The notes under the pieces: generated by a model
What the model was told of the DNA's origin: nothing
What the model saw: the letters and a program-made list of their open reading frames with translations, nothing else
Databases searched by the model: none
In this document: piece by piece, positions 1 through 11,513 of the stretch
How positions within the stretch are numbered: the first letter of the stretch is position 1
Layout: the number at the start of each line of letters is the position of its first letter
NCBI RefSeq assembly: GCF_038025025.1
Contig: NW_027117345.1
Span: forward strand, 1-64,000
Length of the DNA stretch: 64,000 nucleotides
Direction of reading: 5' to 3'
Source of the DNA: Phyllosticta citribraziliensis
Lineage: Eukaryota
Program-made: the position numbers and the translations under genes

Positions 1-107
1 CCCTAACCCTAACCCTAACCCTAACCCTAACCCTAACCCTAACCCTAACCCTAACCCTAACCCTAACCCTAACCCTAACCCTAACCCTAACCCTAACCCT
101 AACCCTA
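1..107. repeat. Telomeric repeat array (CCCTAA)17 plus a partial unit; chromosome end
   Basis: Perfect CCCTAA tandem array from base 1; this is the C-strand of the TTAGGG telomere typical of filamentous ascomycetes. Confidence 0.99.
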
Positions 108-1400
108 GTAGTTAAAAAAACTACTAATTAGTAAAGTACCTTCTTTCTAGGTATTCTAGTTATTAGTTAGGTATTAGCTAACTTACTAGTATTTTACTTT
201 ACTAGAAAGAATATACTTAATTAAAAGCTTTAATTTATTATTATATAATAGATACTAGTTCTTTTAATACTAGAAAAAAATATATAAAAAGGTCTTAAGT
301 CCTTTTAAGTAATAACTCTTTAATTACTTTTTATTTTTATTAAATTTACTTTTTTTACTTAAAAAACTTTTCTTTATCTATTTAAAACTACTAGTCTACT
401 AAGATTTATATTTTATAATCTACTAGTAAATTAACTAGAAGAGTATAGAGATATTTTTTTTAATATAGGCTTTTATAGTAGTCTTCTTCTATATTAATAC
501 TAAAATAAGGCTATACCTCTTTATTTTAGTATTTTATTTTAAAAAATCTAAAAGTTATATAACTTTTACTAGCTATAATTCTACCTTAGATACTTATATC
601 TTAGATACTTATATAATAATATATATTTATTATATTAAGAGGACTAGGCTCTAGTATATAGTAATATCTATTTAGAAGCTAATTTCTTTTTAAATAATTA
701 TCTTACTATTTAAAAATTATATAAAAATATTAGGTACTTAAAAAAATTATCTATATATTTAAGTAGTCTTATCTATTAAGCCTATTTATAGGAATAGCCT
801 AGATAATACTATTATAGCTAGATATATATAAATATCTTTAAAGATTATTATTTATTACTACTTATTAAGTACTATATTAAGATATCTAGAACTATTAGTT
901 AAGTATTAAGTAGCCTTAGTAATTATCTAATTAGAATTATTTAAAGTATACTATTATACCTATAGCCTTAGTATTTTATAATCTATAGGCTTATCTACTA
1001 ACTAGCTAAAAAAAAATAAGCTAAAATAAAATAGTACCTTAAATAGGTAAAAATCTATAAGATATACTATTATTATTATTATATTAAAAGTTAGTAAAGG
1101 TCTCTATTAAGTATATTAAGTATATTAAGTATATTAAGTATATTAAGTATATTAAATATATTAAGCTTTTTAAAGTTAGTAAGTATATTAACTATAGAGA
1201 TTTTTATTAATATAATACTATAAGAAGTAAGTTATTAATATATAATATTACTAAGAGGTTTTTACTACTACGCCTATAGTAATCTAGTCTAAGGATAATG
1301 CCTTAAGGGTTCTATAGGGTATATATATATAGTATAAGGTAGCTACTAACTAATCTTAAGAAGGAGAGCTAAGCGATCTAATAGATAGTTACTGCGATTA
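108..1400. repeat. AT-rich subtelomeric block, RIP-degenerated repeat or transposon relic
   Basis: Very AT-rich with TpA everywhere. CpA, TpG and CpG are nearly absent until about 1270, and no ORFs are present. It grades into normal composition at about 1300-1450. Contains a (TATTAAGTA)n tandem at about 1105-1165. Confidence 0.85.
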
Positions 1401-2265
1401 TCTAGAGAAGATGCGCGAGGTTTCTGTACGTAGAAGGAACTCGAGCGAATGAACATGTCGCGAAAGGAAGGTCTTTCTCTACCGACAGATGCGGCACTGA
1501 AGTTCCGACGCGTCAGCATGATGTCCCATAATCGGACAAGTGGCCGAGCTGACTTCGTTCCTCATATACTCTTCTTGCCTTGATACACGAGGTCGGAAAC
1601 AGAGGGCGGCAAAAGCAAGACTAGGACGCGCTTACACAATCGAACGGCTCGTTCCGTAAGGCGGCCACTTTTGGCAACTTCCTACCACATCGGGCCGGGA
1701 CGAAGGGCCGACACAACCGCTCTGGGAATTAATATCTGTATATTGGGATGCAGGGGATTTCCAGAAGAGGACGTTCGATGGCTTGGGCCTTGCGGTGCCG
1801 TCGAACTTTCGAAGTCGTCGCATTGCGACTCCCGGAGACAGCGTCTCGTCGTTTCGTTGGCTTGCCGAGATGCAACAGGCCAGCGCCATCTGATGTCCGT
1901 CCTGCGAGGCGTTTCCACAGAACCATTCGCGAAGAAAAGCAACGGCGCATTTGGGCCTTCATGTCAGCCGCAGCACTTTGGACAGCTGCCCCACACAGGA
2001 CGCCACTGTCTTGCCTCTCCGCCACAGTAGTTTTGAATCCGGAGTCTGGACGCTCGATGAGGTGCTCCAAATTTTCAACGCGAAACGCAGGAAGGCCTCT
2101 TCTTGTGTAATCCTTTACAAGTTACCGAGGAACTTAGCGAATACATTGTCGATGTGATGGTATAAGTAGATCCTGTCGAGTGAACATGTCGCTGAACAAC
2201 AAAAGCTTTTCGTCTTCTTTTCTCTTGGCCTGGCATTTTGCTGCATTGTGCATTCGACGGCGAAA

Positions 2266-3116
2266 ATGGTCTTCTTCCAGAATTTGTGCCTTGTCATTGC
2301 TCTTGCGGGAGCCAATCCGCTTCCTAAGGGACCCTCCTTCACTCCTTCTTTCGGATCTGGTCTCCCAAGTCTCCCAACTGCAACGCCGTCATTCGCTCCT
2401 GGATTGACCCCTTTCCCCTCGGGTACGCCATCTCTGCCCACCGGTCTGCCATCGTTTACGCCGAAGGGTGTTAGCGGAAGCTCTCCCCTAGTTGCGCGCG
2501 ACGAGTTTGGGTCTTCGACACAGAATGGTCTCACCGACGGAACTGCTTGCAAGAAAGTTTCGTTGATTTTTGCTCGCGGCACTTCGGAGCAGGGTAATAT
2601 GGGATCTGTCGTTGGACCTCCCCTGGCATCCCATTTGGCATCTGCAATTGGCAGCGGCAACCTTGCCGTGCAAGGTGTTGAATACTCCGCTTCTGCAGCT
2701 GGTGCTGCCTCCGGCGGAGACGCAAGTGGGGCCTCCAAGATGACGTCTCTGGCCGACGATGTGGTCAAGAAGTGTCCAGACACCCAGGTGGTTCTCGGAG
2801 GATACAGCCAGGGCGCACAGTTGGTGCACAAGGCTGGCTCCTCGATCGCAAGCTCGACCGCGGCTCAAGTCAAAGCGGTTGTTGTGTTTGGCGATCCGCT
2901 CAAGGGTCAAGCAATCAAGAACATCGATTCGGGGATCGTCAAGACCTACTGCCATGAGGTGAAACCTGGTTGCATCCCATGAAGAAAAGGTCACTAACAC
3001 TTGAACAGGGAGATGAGGTCTGCAGCGGCACTTTCGTCATCACTCAGGCCCACTTGACTTACGGCGACGACACTCCCGATGCTGCGAGCTTCATCAAAGG
3101 AAAGGTCACCGTCTGA
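2266..3116 (+). CDS. Secreted cutinase (CE5), 2 exons (intron 2959-3008)
   Basis: Signal-peptide-like MVFFQNLCLVIALAGA, then IFARGTSEQGNMG, nucleophile GGYSQG and VFGDP. Splicing GT..CACTAAC..AG restores the C-terminal C-x3-D-x2-C...AHLTY motif (YCHEGDEVCSG...AHLTYG). Confidence 0.93.
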
Positions 3117-3457
3117 TTCGACTTCGCGTCAACCTGGGGCAATGTCCGGATAGCTGCTTCCGAAGAGGAAGTCACATGCGTGGCACCACAAGGAGGCTTC
3201 GTCTGCAGGCGGACATTCAGTTCTAACACTCGCTGTTGCACGCTTCCATGATGTCGGCTTGTTATGATCTGTCGAACCATCTAGAATTCTAGAATTTAGC
3301 CTTGTCATTCGTTTGCTAGACCGAAAAATACAACTGATTGCAAAAAGCTCTACTGTTGGCGAGTTTCGAACGTCTTTCAGTGCGTGCCCTGTTTGCTTTA
3401 TTCATTAGCCTGATTTGATGTATGTCGAGCGGACTGACCAGTTGCTCGAGTTCCCCT

Positions 3458-5628
3458 TTAACCGTAACGTGGTCTGGGAACATTCTCGTAGTAAGGAACG
3501 ACGATGATATTTTTGTCTTCACTCGCTCCGACCATCGATTTCGTGACAGGATGCGTCGGCTTTCGGCTGACGAGAAGTTCGATGCAAGATGGTCCATCTT
3601 GGCTGAGCACTTCCATGAGCGCAGGCTCAATCTCTCCGATTTGGTCAACTTTCGCAGAACTGTTCCCGAGTCCCCTTGCGATCATGGCATAGTCCGTCTT
3701 TGGGCTCAAGGACGAGACAGGTCGGGAGGCGATCTTTTCACCATACACAAGGTCCTGGCCGTTGGCGCTCATTCCCCAGCAGTGGTTATTTACGACTACA
3801 GTGAGCACATTCAGGCCGTGTCGAGCGTACGAATCCAGGTCCATGAAGTGGAATCCGGCAGAACCGTCTCCTTGGATGTTGACAATCATCTGGTGCGGCG
3901 CTGCGACTGCGCATCCCAAGGCCTGGCCGAATCCCGACCCGAGAAAACCAAGGTAGCCGGTGCTTGATACGATAGTGTGTGGTTTGGCTAGCTTTGCTGC
4001 CATCGCCGCCCAGGAAGCGCACTCTCCGCCGTCAAAGACGATGATCGGATCTGGTGGGAGCAACGACAACAGCGCGGCCAACGCGTGGTAAGGGTGCATT
4101 TTTCCGTCCTCTATTGTTCGTGGCTCTTTTTCAAAAGGCGTCGGTATGTCCTTCAATGCCGTGGCAAGTTTGATCCACTCAGGAGATACTTGGACCGGTA
4201 TTTTTGACAGTCCCACGTTGAGAGCCTGCAGTGTTTGACCCACGTTGGCAACGACTCCAACGTCGACTGCGCAGGTCCGACCGATTTCGCCTCCGTCTGT
4301 GTCGACTTGAATGATTTTGCAATCTTTTTCAGGAATGATGGACCCTCCACGACCTCCAAGATACATTCCGGTGCGGGCTCCGAGCAGTAGAAGGCAGTCC
4401 GGTGGCGCGGATCCCACTCGCTTCAGAAGTCCCAAAGCGTCTGCAGAACCAGCAAAGACTGGGCTTTCGTACAGCGGAAATAAGAAACAGAACTTGCCGT
4501 TGTGAAAAACTGGTATTTGCGTTGATTTGGAAAATTCCAGCAGTGCCTTGACAGCCTGTGATGAAATCAGCCTTCTGTCGCATTATACTGGAATCTTTCG
4601 AGACGCTTACAGAAGCAGACCTCGCGCCACTCCCGAATATGATTGCCGGTCTTTTCGCCTCTTTCAATAACAGTAGGGCCTCGTTGACGGCACTCATGCT
4701 CGGGCCCGGGGGGAACGGAAGAGGGCTCGTGATGGCACCCCAGGATATGCGCGATGCCTCGACGGGTGCGAACAACACATCGATCGGAAAGTCGACAAGA
4801 ACAGGACCTGCAGTGTGTCAGTCAGAGACGATTCGTGGCCATGAGGCTCGGTAGCACAATTCGTGGCGCAAAGTAATGCGGTTGTGCGAATGCTCCTCGT
4901 AGTCACAGCCCACAGGCGCTGGAAATCGTCTGAGCCTCTGGCCAAAGGAAGGCTCGAAGTTTGCCCGAACGCTCCACATTAGTTGAGATCCAAAGCGTAC
5001 AAACACTTCTAATCAACTATCGCCTTCTGATGTGCGCCACGACCTTTGCCACCGAGCATCGAGAGACGGATTCCGCAGACTGACCTGGAGCGCCAGCTGT
5101 CGAAACATGAATGGCGTGGGCCACAATCCGAGGAATATCCTCGGCATATATCACTCGGTGCGCGAATTTTGTCAGTGGTCTTGCGGCAACCACTTGGTCG
5201 ATTTGTCCTTGGAGGGAATTGTTTTCTTGATCTCTGAGTGGCACAGAGGACGTGATGCAAAATATGGAACTGCGGTCTGCCAACGCCGTCGCCAATCCGG
5301 GAAGACCGTTTGAGTACCTTTGCGCGCAAGGTCAGTCGCCATGCTCCACGCGATTGGGGTCGTATACTGACCCGCTGTTTGCAGTGACGAAGCAAACGCC
5401 TGTCTTCCCAGTCATCTTCGAGTATCCTTCGGCGGCCTGGACTGCGACAGTTTCATGCCGAGTATCCACCAGTCTGATGCCGACGTAGTCACATCCAACC
5501 AAAAAGGCATCCAAGTGACCGCCATGCAGGCCAAAGGCGACCTCCACTCCGATCTGACGAAGACATTGGGCCAAAAGGTCGCCTCCTGTCAGCTCTCGGT
5601 GAACAGGATACTTGAGCGAAAACGACAT
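3458..5628 (-). CDS. ThDP-dependent enzyme, benzaldehyde lyase / 2-hydroxyacyl-CoA lyase / acetolactate synthase-like; 4 exons (introns 5318-5371, 4808-5084, 4556-4610)
   Basis: N-terminal GGDLLAQCL..GVEVAFGLHGGHLD..DTRHE (catalytic Glu), GPVLVDFPIDVL, and the ThDP/Mg motif GDGSAGF...VVNN. The three GT-AG introns join all segments in frame. Confidence 0.92.
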
Positions 5629-6009
5629 GGCGTTCGATGCGCGCAAAAGTTTTGGGTGAGCTGACAGTGTTTTAAAGAGCCGACCTCCAGTTTCTCGACG
5701 CGTCACGTAGCCGCGGGGCACAACAGTATGAAACCCCGCATACAGCCAGCCGGGGTGTCCCTCACAACCCTGACGTATCCCTTGCCAGATTGGGCACTGA
5801 TCGCGTTCGTACCGTGCCGAAAGTGAGATCCAAAAGTCTTGGCCACGGCGGGACCAGACGCATTGGTTTCAAAAACAAGTTTTCGGCCGATGCCGTTGAT
5901 TGACTACGCTTCAAGAGTCGAAAGAAATGTGCAGTCAAGCCTGTGATCGGCTGGAGAGATTCCGGCGCCACGTCAACACGAGGTGACTGCGGCAACATTA
6001 AACGGCTTC

Positions 6010-7100
6010 TTAGTTCTCGGCTCCATCGCCGAAGAAGGACGCCGCTTCCTGTGCCTGCCTCATCTTGTCCACTGTGTTGGCGATGGGCTCCCTGTCACCC
6101 TGCACCAAGTTGCGGGCCGCAGCGCGCAAACCCTCTTCGATTTCCAAGAGTTGGCCCTCTTCCGAATAAATGACTTGCCCGTGTCGAGATGGGTCAGCCA
6201 TTAACAAGACCGCAGACCGTGCTACCGTCTCGGGGCCTTGGAACGGAATTCCAAGCGCGTTCATAAAGTCGCCGGGAATTATACTTGTCGATGTCCAGGA
6301 TGGCGCGAGCGCGTTGATTCTGATCGGAAACTTTGGATACAGCAGCGTTGTGAGTGATCGCATCAATCCCAATACTCCGTGTTTCGAGGTCGCTGTTCCA
6401 TCTCGTGTCAGTCAATCTGCCCCACTGTTGTATTCGTTCGACCATTCTGTACTTACAGTAATCGACCGCCGGAAATACTTGGAAGCCTTGTGCCGTGAGC
6501 AGGATTTCATGTACAGATTCGAATTCAACTTACTCGAAGCCGACCCGATTAAAACAACGCTTCCTCCTTGCGGGCTCTTCTTCAAGTGGTGACAGGCGAG
6601 CGCTGTCGTATTCATAACACTCTTCAAGTTGATGTCAAGCACATGATGACTTGGTTCCAACAAATCACCATTTTCGTCAACATTGTCTTCCAAAAGGTTC
6701 GTCTTGGGGCCGACTCCTACGTGCATTTTTAGTCAGAGCTTCAAAGCCCAAGCGTGGGAGTCCATGCGCACCCGCGTTGGCAAAGACATGATCGACTCGA
6801 CCATGCTGTTTCAAAACCTCCTTGAAAGCAGCAGACAAGCTCTCCCAAGAAGTGACATCCAGCGAAACATACGACAGGTTCCGCTGAACCGCGTCTGCTG
6901 GCAGCGGGTTGCGGTCTCCAACGACAACTTTGGCCCCATTCTTGATACACAGCAACGCCGTGGCCAAGCCGATGCCGGATGCGCCGCCTGGCGGTGTTAA
7001 TCGAACGTCGCATTTCCGGGGAGAGCAGCTCACCTGTGATGAAGACGACGTGATCCCGGATGCTCCCAAGGTCAGAGTCGTTGATCTTCACGTCCGTCAT
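6010..7100 (-). CDS. Classical short-chain dehydrogenase/reductase (SDR), about 5 exons
   Basis: Spliced product has VFITGGASGIG, VFANAG, catalytic YSTSK (split across a mini-exon) and IRINALAPSWT. Confidence 0.9.
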
Positions 7101-8357
7101 GTTGTGTAGGCGCTTGAAATTGAAGCAGGAAGGCGAATAGCAGTTGAGACGGATATGGGGGCGACTTCTCAAAAATAATTACTGGAACAGGAGGCTTTAT
7201 ATTGCTGGCTCGATATTAACGAGTTTTCCAGTGGACCTGCGTGGGCCAGGTGGATTCTTCAGATAAGGGGCTGCGCGCACGGTCGTGCCTAGTCCGTCGC
7301 ACCTCATAGGAAGTGCGGTAAGATTCTTGGTACGGCGGGGAGATCATGGTAGCCGAGTAGCCCCCCGCACATGACGGGCCCTCGGTTGGTCTCGTCGTGC
7401 AAGGTCCTGGACCGTTTTCCTCATATCAAGAGCCATGAACACTAAGACATTTCCAGTCAAGCGCTGATAGCTTTTGGAGATGTCACAAAGTGTTCTCAGT
7501 GATGTGCTCTGTAAGTCGAGAATTGGACCAATGCCATCGATTCCCTCTTGCTCAACACCAAGCTCTTCCACTTCCACGAAACTTTCTTCTAACCAGATTC
7601 ATTTTCTAGATGTTGCTAGTGCGTTCGGTACATGATGCGAAAGGTCGGATCGGGAACATTTCTCTTGCGTGATTTTGTCGACCCCTGCGGTAGAGGGGTT
7701 GGCTTTGAACTTTGAACTCATGACCACAATGATGGGTGCTGATAGAACGGCGCACGCCAAGCAGGTTTTCGCTTAGAGACTACTCATGGGCCAGCGACTT
7801 GATCTTAGTCTGTATGCTGAGAACTGAAACCTTCTGGCATTGCGGACGGCCAGGAGCATTCGTTCAGTGTCGCAGTTGCGACTAAGGAGGTCCCGCACGC
7901 CATCACACTGCGCTGAGATACTGCCGTTCTTTGCTGCAGGCAGACCTTGTAGTATGGTTTCCTTCAATGCCCACTGGGATATGACGCTGTGCCACCCAGC
8001 CATCCGAGGCTAAGTCTCGAAACCAGAAACCGTTTGCAAAGAACGCAGGCGCCGTGCGGAGTCGTACTCGTCGAGGTTGAACGACGTTTAGTACCCGAGG
8101 TTACGGTGTTGGATCCCCAGCTTCGATCTTCGCCAACTTTGGTAAGTCTGGCACGCGGCCAAAGTGCACTGAGCAGCTGCGGGGCCGGCGTAGCGAGTTC
8201 GGGGGTGCCGAGATCCCGTCGGACCACCATGCCACCTGGGACGAGAAGGGCCGAGCTGCTGCTCTCCTAGATTTTGGAATGTGCTGGATCCTTTTCTCTT
8301 GTCTTCCTCGTCTGGTCTCCGACTGTTAGCGTGATTCGTTTCAACCTGGCCTTCAAA

Positions 8358-10175
8358 ATGGCGGGCTACTCGGTGCAAGGTGAAGCTCATCGTATTCTTC
8401 AGGAGGACCTCCTCGAAGATGCGCGATTGGGCATCTCGAGAAGCATTGCCGATGCCGCAAAGAAGATTGAGTTCACAGGGGGTGATTCTCAGCCATTTGT
8501 GCCTTCTCCTTGCAAAATGACAGAATCTGGCTCTGCCCTTACCGCGCTGGTCGCAGCGAGTGGGAGCGCGGTTGCGGCCGATAGGTATGGCATTGAGCAT
8601 CAGGAGATCGAAGTCAACACGTAAGTCCTTTCATGTGTTGCGTCGCGAGTAGGAAAGAACATTTACCACTCATCCACAAGTTTTTGTCAACAAAAGCTGA
8701 CAAGCGTTCAGCGACGTTGCCACCTTGTTTCTGGAATCAGTCTTGCTGCCAACAATCAACGGTCAGCACTATCTGAAGAATGAGCACATGCAGAAAGAAA
8801 TGGGAAAAGCAGACATTTACCAGATGGGTGAGCCCATTCACCGTTTCTCGACCAACGTCTATCAGACCAAGGACGGCCGGTGGTATCATCTCCATGGATC
8901 AATGAATGCAGGGCCGACGATGAAGATGATGCAAGTCGAAGAGCAGAAGGCTTCCGAGGACGAGGCGAAGAAGATCTACGCCGAGAAGGTGGCGCAGTGG
9001 GACTCGACCGAGATTGAGAGAACGGCGAATGAGCAGTTCAAACAGGCTGGCACTGTGTGCAATTTTCCGGAGGAGTTTTTCGCTTCCGAACACGTATGTA
9101 TCGTCCTGCAGCCAAAGAAATCGCAGTGGCTGACGCATAGCAGGGAAAAATCATGGGCGAGGAGCCCCTCTGGACTTCGAAGACGCTACCGGCTCCGCGC
9201 AAGCCATGGCCTCAAGTCTCGGCCGATTCTGAGTACAAGCCTCTTGCAGGCATCAAGGTCGTTGACTTCTCACGCGTCATTGCTGCTCCGGCTATCTCCA
9301 AGATTCTGGCCCTTCTCGGGGCAGATGTGCTCAAGATCTCAAACACCAATCTGCCAGAGGTCGGAGCGGTCATGATTGAACTCAACACTGGGAAGCGAGA
9401 CGCCAGTCTTGACCTCAAGACTCCAGAGGGCAAGAAAGCCTTCACTGAATTGGTCGAAGGTGCTGACGTGTTGGTGGATGGCTACCGTCCCGGCGTGTTG
9501 TCAAAATTGGGTTTCGACTCGGCCTCTTTGCGGAAGCTCAACCCGACGTTGATTTACGTCCGCGAAAACTGCTACGGATTCAAGGGGCCTCTGTCGTATC
9601 GCTCAGGCTGGCAACAGATCAGTGATTGTCTTGTTGGCATCTCGTGGCTGCAAGGGAAGTTCCTAGGCCTCAACGAGCCAGTCGTCCCGTTGTTCCGTGA
9701 GTACACGAATGCTTCTGATTCGCCGCTGGCACTGATGAAGATTGCAGCCAACTCCGACTACCAAACGGGCCTTGCTGGAGCAGCCGCAGTACTTGGAGCT
9801 CTCCTCGCTCGCACCAAGGACGAAGTGACCTACGACATTGACGTTAGCTTGACCCAGTACAACATCTGGTACTACCGCTTGGGTCAGTACGACGAAGAGC
9901 AGCAGACGCAGTTGCGCAGTCGCAATCAGGGGTTTGAAGTGCGCCACGACGATGACATGCTCAACCTTGTGATGAAAACTCACGCAGCCATCAAAAAGTC
10001 TCATCCAGACATTTTCACGCATCCAGAGTACTTCTGGAACATGAGCGGAAAGGAGTGGGGACTGGAAGACGACATTTTGATCCTTGCACCGGCATTCAAG
10101 TACGAAAAGTCGAAGCTGGGATACTCGGTTCCTTCGGGCTCGCGCGGGAGGTCTAAGCCGGAGTGGTTGTCTTGA
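8358..10175 (+). CDS. Family III CoA-transferase (CaiB/BaiF-like, long fungal form); introns 8621-8711, 9094-9143, 9697-9747
   Basis: PLAGIKVVDFSRVIAAP..LALLGADVLKI, NTGKR..LDLK.PEGK, ADVLVDGYRPG, and spliced PNSDYQTG (catalytic Asp position). The N-terminal half has YQTKDGRWYHLHG. Confidence 0.92.
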
Positions 10176-10354
10176 GGGAACGGGTTGCACGTGGGTATTG
10201 TTGCATGGCAAATGTTTTTGCTTCGGATCCAAATCTGTAGACGACGGAAGCACAAATGGTCTGGTAGAGAATTTATCAGTAGCCCAATGTAAAACATTCA
10301 GATTCGTGTGCACTACGGAGAGAACAAACTTACGTCGCACATTTTAATTGGTAC

Positions 10355-10834
10355 TTACTCTTCGCTGATAGAAGTCGACCGCATTGCATTCGCGAGGCTG
10401 TCCCGAACAGTCTTCCACTGTAAGATCATGGTGAGTGCCTGAAGAAGTGCCACATAGGTGCCATCGTCAGGCTCGTATAGCTGCAGCTTGATCATCTTGT
10501 TCATGATCCGTCTCAAGTCCAGGGCGACAGACTCCCACTGTTCCAGTGAGTCTTCGATTTCGAACGAGTAGTAAAAGTCGGACCTTTCAATCTTGTCGAG
10601 AGATGCATTGCAGCAATCAATGTACCGTCTGGTGATGCACTCGACCTTTTCTTTGAGAAGGTCCCAGGAGTTGGGAAGCACGGCAACGAGCTCCTCGGTG
10701 GAAAGCTTGCCGTCGGTGGCCGACTTGCCTGCGATTTCAGGAGTCGGAATTGTCGAAACAAGGTTCTGGGGAGGGCTCGAGGCTACCTGAGGCTCTGCCT
10801 TTGGCTTCTGGGCGATTGGGGTCTTGACGTCCAT
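10355..10834 (-). CDS. Hypothetical protein, 159 aa
   Basis: ATG-initiated ORF with coding-like codon usage, a disordered N-terminus and a helical C-terminus; no family recognised. Confidence 0.55.
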   Translation of the reverse strand: MDVKTPIAQKPKAEPQVASSPPQNLVSTIPTPEIAGKSATDGKLSTEELVAVLPNSWDLLKEKVECITRRYIDCCNASLDKIERSDFYYSFEIEDSLEQWESVALDLRRIMNKMIKLQLYEPDDGTYVALLQALTMILQWKTVRDSLANAMRSTSISEE

Positions 10835-11513
10835 GTAGAAATTTGAATACTTCCGTTGCTTGATGATTTACTGTGGGAGATGCTGAATTCGTGACCTCGT
10901 GTTGATTCTGGTTTTGCTGTTTGCCAGTGCCTAAGTGCGACTTCCACTTAAGTATCCAAATCACAGTGCTGACATTGTGCCTGAACAATGGCGAAACTGT
11001 TTGAAAGAGAACCAGGGACAAAGAAGACGTGGTCGAGATGAAAGGACGTTCAAAGTCGAAATATCCGCAGCGATGAAAGACATTTTGGTACGCATTTCAA
11101 ACAAGAAAGCGCGTCAACACATTGTTCTAGCAGCTGGTGGCAACGCTGTAGTTGCTATGCCGGCGGACTGCAAGAGGGTCTCGCGGTGGTTTCGCTGCAT
11201 GTTGCTGAAGTGTGGTTTTGTCGACGGTTGAGGAGGCGAAAGACATCAGTGGCTGCGCAGCGACTGCGATGACTGAGATGAGCCAGACGTGGCCAGAGAC
11301 AAACAGAACGAAGAAGAAAGGGGCTTCGATGGATGGACGAGATGGTGTTGCGAGTCGTTGCAGCAGGCGGGTGGATGGTCGCCGAGCGGACTTTCCAGAC
11401 ACGGACTAGCGCGGCGGGCGCGGTCGCGTCGGCGCGTCTTCCCAGGAACATGAAGCCCACCACCGACACCATCTCTCCTCACAGTCCTCCATCCAACCCG
11501 CTGTACGCCCATC

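Noticed and set aside
1632..2157. Overlapping short ORFs between the RIP block and the cutinase
   Set aside because: No recognisable domain, codon bias or consistent splicing; at most an unidentifiable relic.
4808..5084. Canonical TPP riboswitch or C/D snoRNA in the long intron
   Set aside because: No CUGAGA core and no RUGAUGA box on the sense strand; kept only as an unclassified structured intron.
7344..8270. Short ORFs in the SDR/CoA-transferase spacer as a possible cluster regulator
   Set aside because: No Zn2Cys6 or other DNA-binding motif; treated as a divergent promoter.
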